From: Chiloscyllium plagiosum
Taxonomy: Eukaryota
NCBI RefSeq assembly: GCF_004010195.1
Contig: NC_057754.1
Location: 1,392,269-1,456,268, forward strand
Length of the DNA stretch: 64,000 nt
Direction of reading: 5' to 3'
Shown here: positions 60,425 to 64,000 of the stretch, piece after piece
Position numbering within the stretch: the first letter of the stretch is position 1
Layout: each line of letters begins with the position of its first letter
Translations under genes and position numbers: made by a program
Notes under the pieces: model-generated
Databases searched by the model: none
Told to the model about the DNA's origin: nothing
The model's input: only the letters and a program-made list of their open reading frames with translations

Positions 60425-60950
60425 TAACATTCAATGGTATTCCCATGATCGAATCCCCCACCATCAACATCCTGGGGGTTACCGTTGACAAGAAACTCAA
60501 CCAGACTCACCACATCAACCCAGCGGCTCCAAGAGCAGGTCAGAGGCTGGGAATCCTGCAGCGAGTAACTCCCCTCCTGACTCCCCCCCAAAGCCTGTCC
60601 CACCATCTACAAGGCACAAGGCAGGAGGGTGAGGGGATACTCCCCACTTGCCCCTGGATGGGGACAGCTCCAACAACACTCAAGAAGCTCGACACCATCC
60701 AGGGACAAAGCAGCCCCCGCTGGATTGGCCCCACATTCCCCTCCGAGCCCCTCACCATCCCGACTTGGAAATATCTCGCCGTTCCCTCAGTGTGGCTGGG
60801 TCAGAATCCTGGGATTCCCTCCCTAAGGGACACTGTGGGTGCGGCTACACTATACTCTCTGCAGCGGTTCAAGAAGGCAGCTCAACCCCCCACCTCATCA
60901 AAGGGGCAATTAGCGATGGGGCAATGAATACTGGACACCCACGAAGCCAT
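60425..60950 (+). mobile_element. Non-LTR retrotransposon ORF2 C-terminal fragment of a second LINE family
   Basis: SPTINILGVTVDKKLN.THHIN..A.RAGQRLGILQRV...TTLKKLDTIQ, typical post-RT thumb region, frameshifted; its 3' end TTGGAAATATCTCGCCGTTCCCTCAGTGTGGC recurs at 17685. Confidence 0.8.
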
Positions 60951-62024
60951 GAATGGTTAAACAAAGTGCAAACCAGATTGAATGAGGCTTGGCCTGGGAG
61001 AGTCAGGGATGGTCTGGGGAGGGAGGTGATGCTTTGGCTTTTTGACAGAGTTGTTCCAGAAATCTCGGAAGGAATTCGCAATTCCACACCCGACACAAGA
61101 TGTGAGGGAGAGAGAGGAGAGAGAGAGAGAGTTGGAGATGACTCTCATGTTTTGCCCCTACACCCCTCTCGGCTTCCATCTTGTGAACACTGGCCTTGTC
61201 ACTAAGATGTCCTCCATGCTGTCCCCCCAACCCCTGGTTAAAAGTCACGCGCTTCAAAAGCAGGCCACATGAACAAGGAACTCCCTGGGGTTGAGGGGGG
61301 AGGGGGGTTGTGGACGGGTGTGAGGTCAAGGAACATGAAGGGTGCCGTGGGGGCGGGGGTGGGGGACAGTGTTGAGTACGGAGGAGGTCGGGGGAGGGGA
61401 GTGGGGATGGTGGTGACGGAGAAAGGAGATTCCTTTACATACCGCTGGACCCAACCCCACCAAACCCCCACCCTGTCGGCGAGCCTCACCCCAGACTCAC
61501 AGAAGAAACGTTGCCCGTTGACCACGATCGGGCAGTTAGACTCGCCACAACATCCTGCCCGTGCCCCGGGATCAGAGCGTCTTTCACAACGACAGCAGCT
61601 GTAATAGGAAGGAGCGAGTACGTGGCCTTCCCCCCACCCCCAGCCTCTGAGCGGTTGAGTTCCTCTGGCTATTTATATCGAACGAATGACGATGCGATTC
61701 CTCAACTCGGTCGGATCGCGGCAGTCGCCCAGCTCCCGCCTCGGTGGAATGTAACGTTTCAGACTGGCTTCCCCCACCCTCTACCACCGAGTGAATTTAA
61801 CAGAAACCGTGCCCCTCGAACACTCCAGCAGTGGCTTCCGTTCCGTTCCAAACCCCCGCCCACCATCTCCCTGCCTCCGGTTTTCCGCTTTCAATCCACT
61901 ACGCCCTCTTGACCTTTCTGTTAGGCCTCGACAGCCCACCCACCCTCTCAGTGTGGGGGCTGTTTGGGCAAAGAGAAGGGATTGGGGGTGGGGGAAGGGT
62001 TCGGTGGGGAGATGGGCAGTCATA

Positions 62025-63560
62025 GACTCCGTACAGTGTGGAAACAGGCCCAACAAGTCCATACAGACTCTCCGAAGGGTAACCCAACCAGACCCATTCC
62101 CCATTATTCTACATTTACCCCTGACGAATGCACCTAATCTACACATCCCTGAATACGATGGGGCACTTTAGCACGGCCCATCCACCCTAACCTGCACATC
62201 CCTGGGCTCTATGGGACAATTTCCCATGGCCAATCCAACCTAACCTACACATCCCTGGGCACTATGGGGCAATTTCCCATGGCCAATCCACCCTAACCTG
62301 CACATCCCTGGGCACTATGGGGAAATTTCCCACGGCCAATCCACCCTAACCTGCACATCCCTGGGCACTATGCGGCAATTTAGCACGGCCAATGCACCCT
62401 AACCTGCACATCCCTGGGCACTATGGGGCAATTTCCCACGGCCAATCCACCCTAACCTGCACATCCCTGGGCACTATGGGACAATTTCCCATGGCCAATC
62501 CACCCTAACCTACACATCCCTGAATACTACGGGCAATTTAGCATGGCCAATCCACCCTAATCTACACATCCCTGAACACCATGGGGCAATTTAGCATGGC
62601 CAATCCACCCTAACCTACACATCCCTGAACACTATGGGCAATTTAGCACGGCCAATCCACCCTAACCTGTACATCCCTGAACACTATGGGGTAATTTCCC
62701 ATGGCCAATTCACTTGGTCTCCACACCTTTGGACTGTGGGAGGAAACCGGAGCACTCGGAGGAAACCCACACAGACACAGGGGAGGATGTGCGAACCCCA
62801 CACAGACAGTCACCTGGATTGTGAGAGACAGCAGTACTAATCACTGAGCCACCAACGTCCCTCAACCAACATCACTACACAGGGGAGACAGTGACACAGT
62901 GCACACGTCACTGTAGGCTAGCAATGCAGATGGCCCCTATCCACCCCTCCTCAGACCAATACTCTAGGGACACGGGTTCAAATCCGGGCACTGCAGTTGG
63001 TGCAAATTAAGTTCCATTAACAATAGATGGGGTGGCACAGTGGTTAGCACTACTGCGTCATCGCACCAGGGATCCAGTGATCCCACCCTCGGGCGACTGT
63101 CTGGGTGGAGTTTGCACGTTCTCCCCGTGTCTGTGTGGGGTTTCCTCCTGGTGCTCCGGTTTCCTCCCACAGTCCAAAGACGTGCAGGTTAGGGTGGATT
63201 AGCCATGGGAAATTGTCCCATAGTGCCCAGGGATGTGCAGGTTAGAGTGGATTGGCCGTGGGAACTTGTCCCATAGTGCCCAGGGATGTGCAGGTTAGAG
63301 TGGGTTGGCCGTGGGAAATTGTCCCAGGGATGTGCAGGTTAGGGTGGATTGGCCGTGGGAAATTGTCCCATAGTGCCCAGGGATGTGCAGGTTAGGGTGG
63401 ATTGGCCATGGGAAATTTTCCCATAGGGCCCAGGGATGTGCAGGCTAGGGGCAGTAGTCAGGGTAAATGAAGGAGAATGGGTCTGGGTGGGTTACTCTTC
63501 GGAGGGTTAGTGTGAATGTGTTGGGCTGAATGGTCTGTTTTTACATTGTAGGGATTCTAT
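62025..63560. mobile_element. Divergent pair of HE1 SINEs (- about 62025-62855; + about 63030-63560), both with internal about 53-bp arrays
   Basis: About 10 copies of GGCCAATCCACCCTAACCTGCACATCCCTGGGCACTATGGG.CAATTT in the left element and about 5 reverse-complement copies in the right element. Confidence 0.9.
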
Positions 63561-64000
63561 GATGATTCTATGAATAGACCTGTAACTGGTAGCTGGTCTC
63601 AGCGACTGTGAAATCAGACATTTGGATAGGTACATTAAAAGGAAAGGTTTAGAGGGACATGGGCTCTAATGCACTATCAGGAGATGGTCTATTGTATTAC
63701 CATGGACTGTTATTCCAGAAACCCAGGTTCGATTCCCGCCAAGGGAAGATGGGAGAATTGAAATTCAATAAAAAACTGGAATTAAGGATCGGTGGCCCAG
63801 TGGTTAGCACTGCTGCCTCACAGCGCCAGAGACCCGGGTTCAATTCCCGCCTCAGACGACTGACTGTGTGGAGTTTGCATGTTCTCCCCGTGTCTGCGTG
63901 GGTTTCCTCTGGGTGCTCCGGTCTCCTCCCACAATCCAAAGATGTGCAGATCAGGTGAATTGGCCATACTAAATTGCCCATAGTGTTAGGTAAGGGGTAA

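Overview
Vertebrate genomic DNA, very probably a shark: it is dense in HE1-type tRNA-derived SINEs, CR1/HER1 LINE 3' fragments and DeuSINE (SacSINE1/AmnSINE-type) remnants. It holds parts of five spliced genes, called from translated exons with GT-AG boundaries and consistent phases: DPP3 (-; five coding exons, continues off the left edge), a complete two-exon DMAC1/TMEM261 (+) head-to-head with DPP3 across a CpG island with 11 CCAAT boxes, BBS1 (-; exons 2-4 only), PELI3 (+; first three coding exons) and FERMT3/kindlin-3 (-; two visible coding exons). Two gaps of exactly 500 N (17797-18296, 39204-39703) look like fixed-size scaffold joins, and BBS1, PELI3 and FERMT3 all break off towards them. 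The most notable non-genic signals are Penelope-type elements carrying minimal hammerhead-ribozyme motifs (one intact, several arranged as inverted pairs) and minisatellites amplified from pieces of SINEs/LINEs, including a near-perfect 3.5 kb 32-bp array inside a DeuSINE. Gene and repeat names come from recalled family sequences, not database searches; repeat boundaries are approximate.
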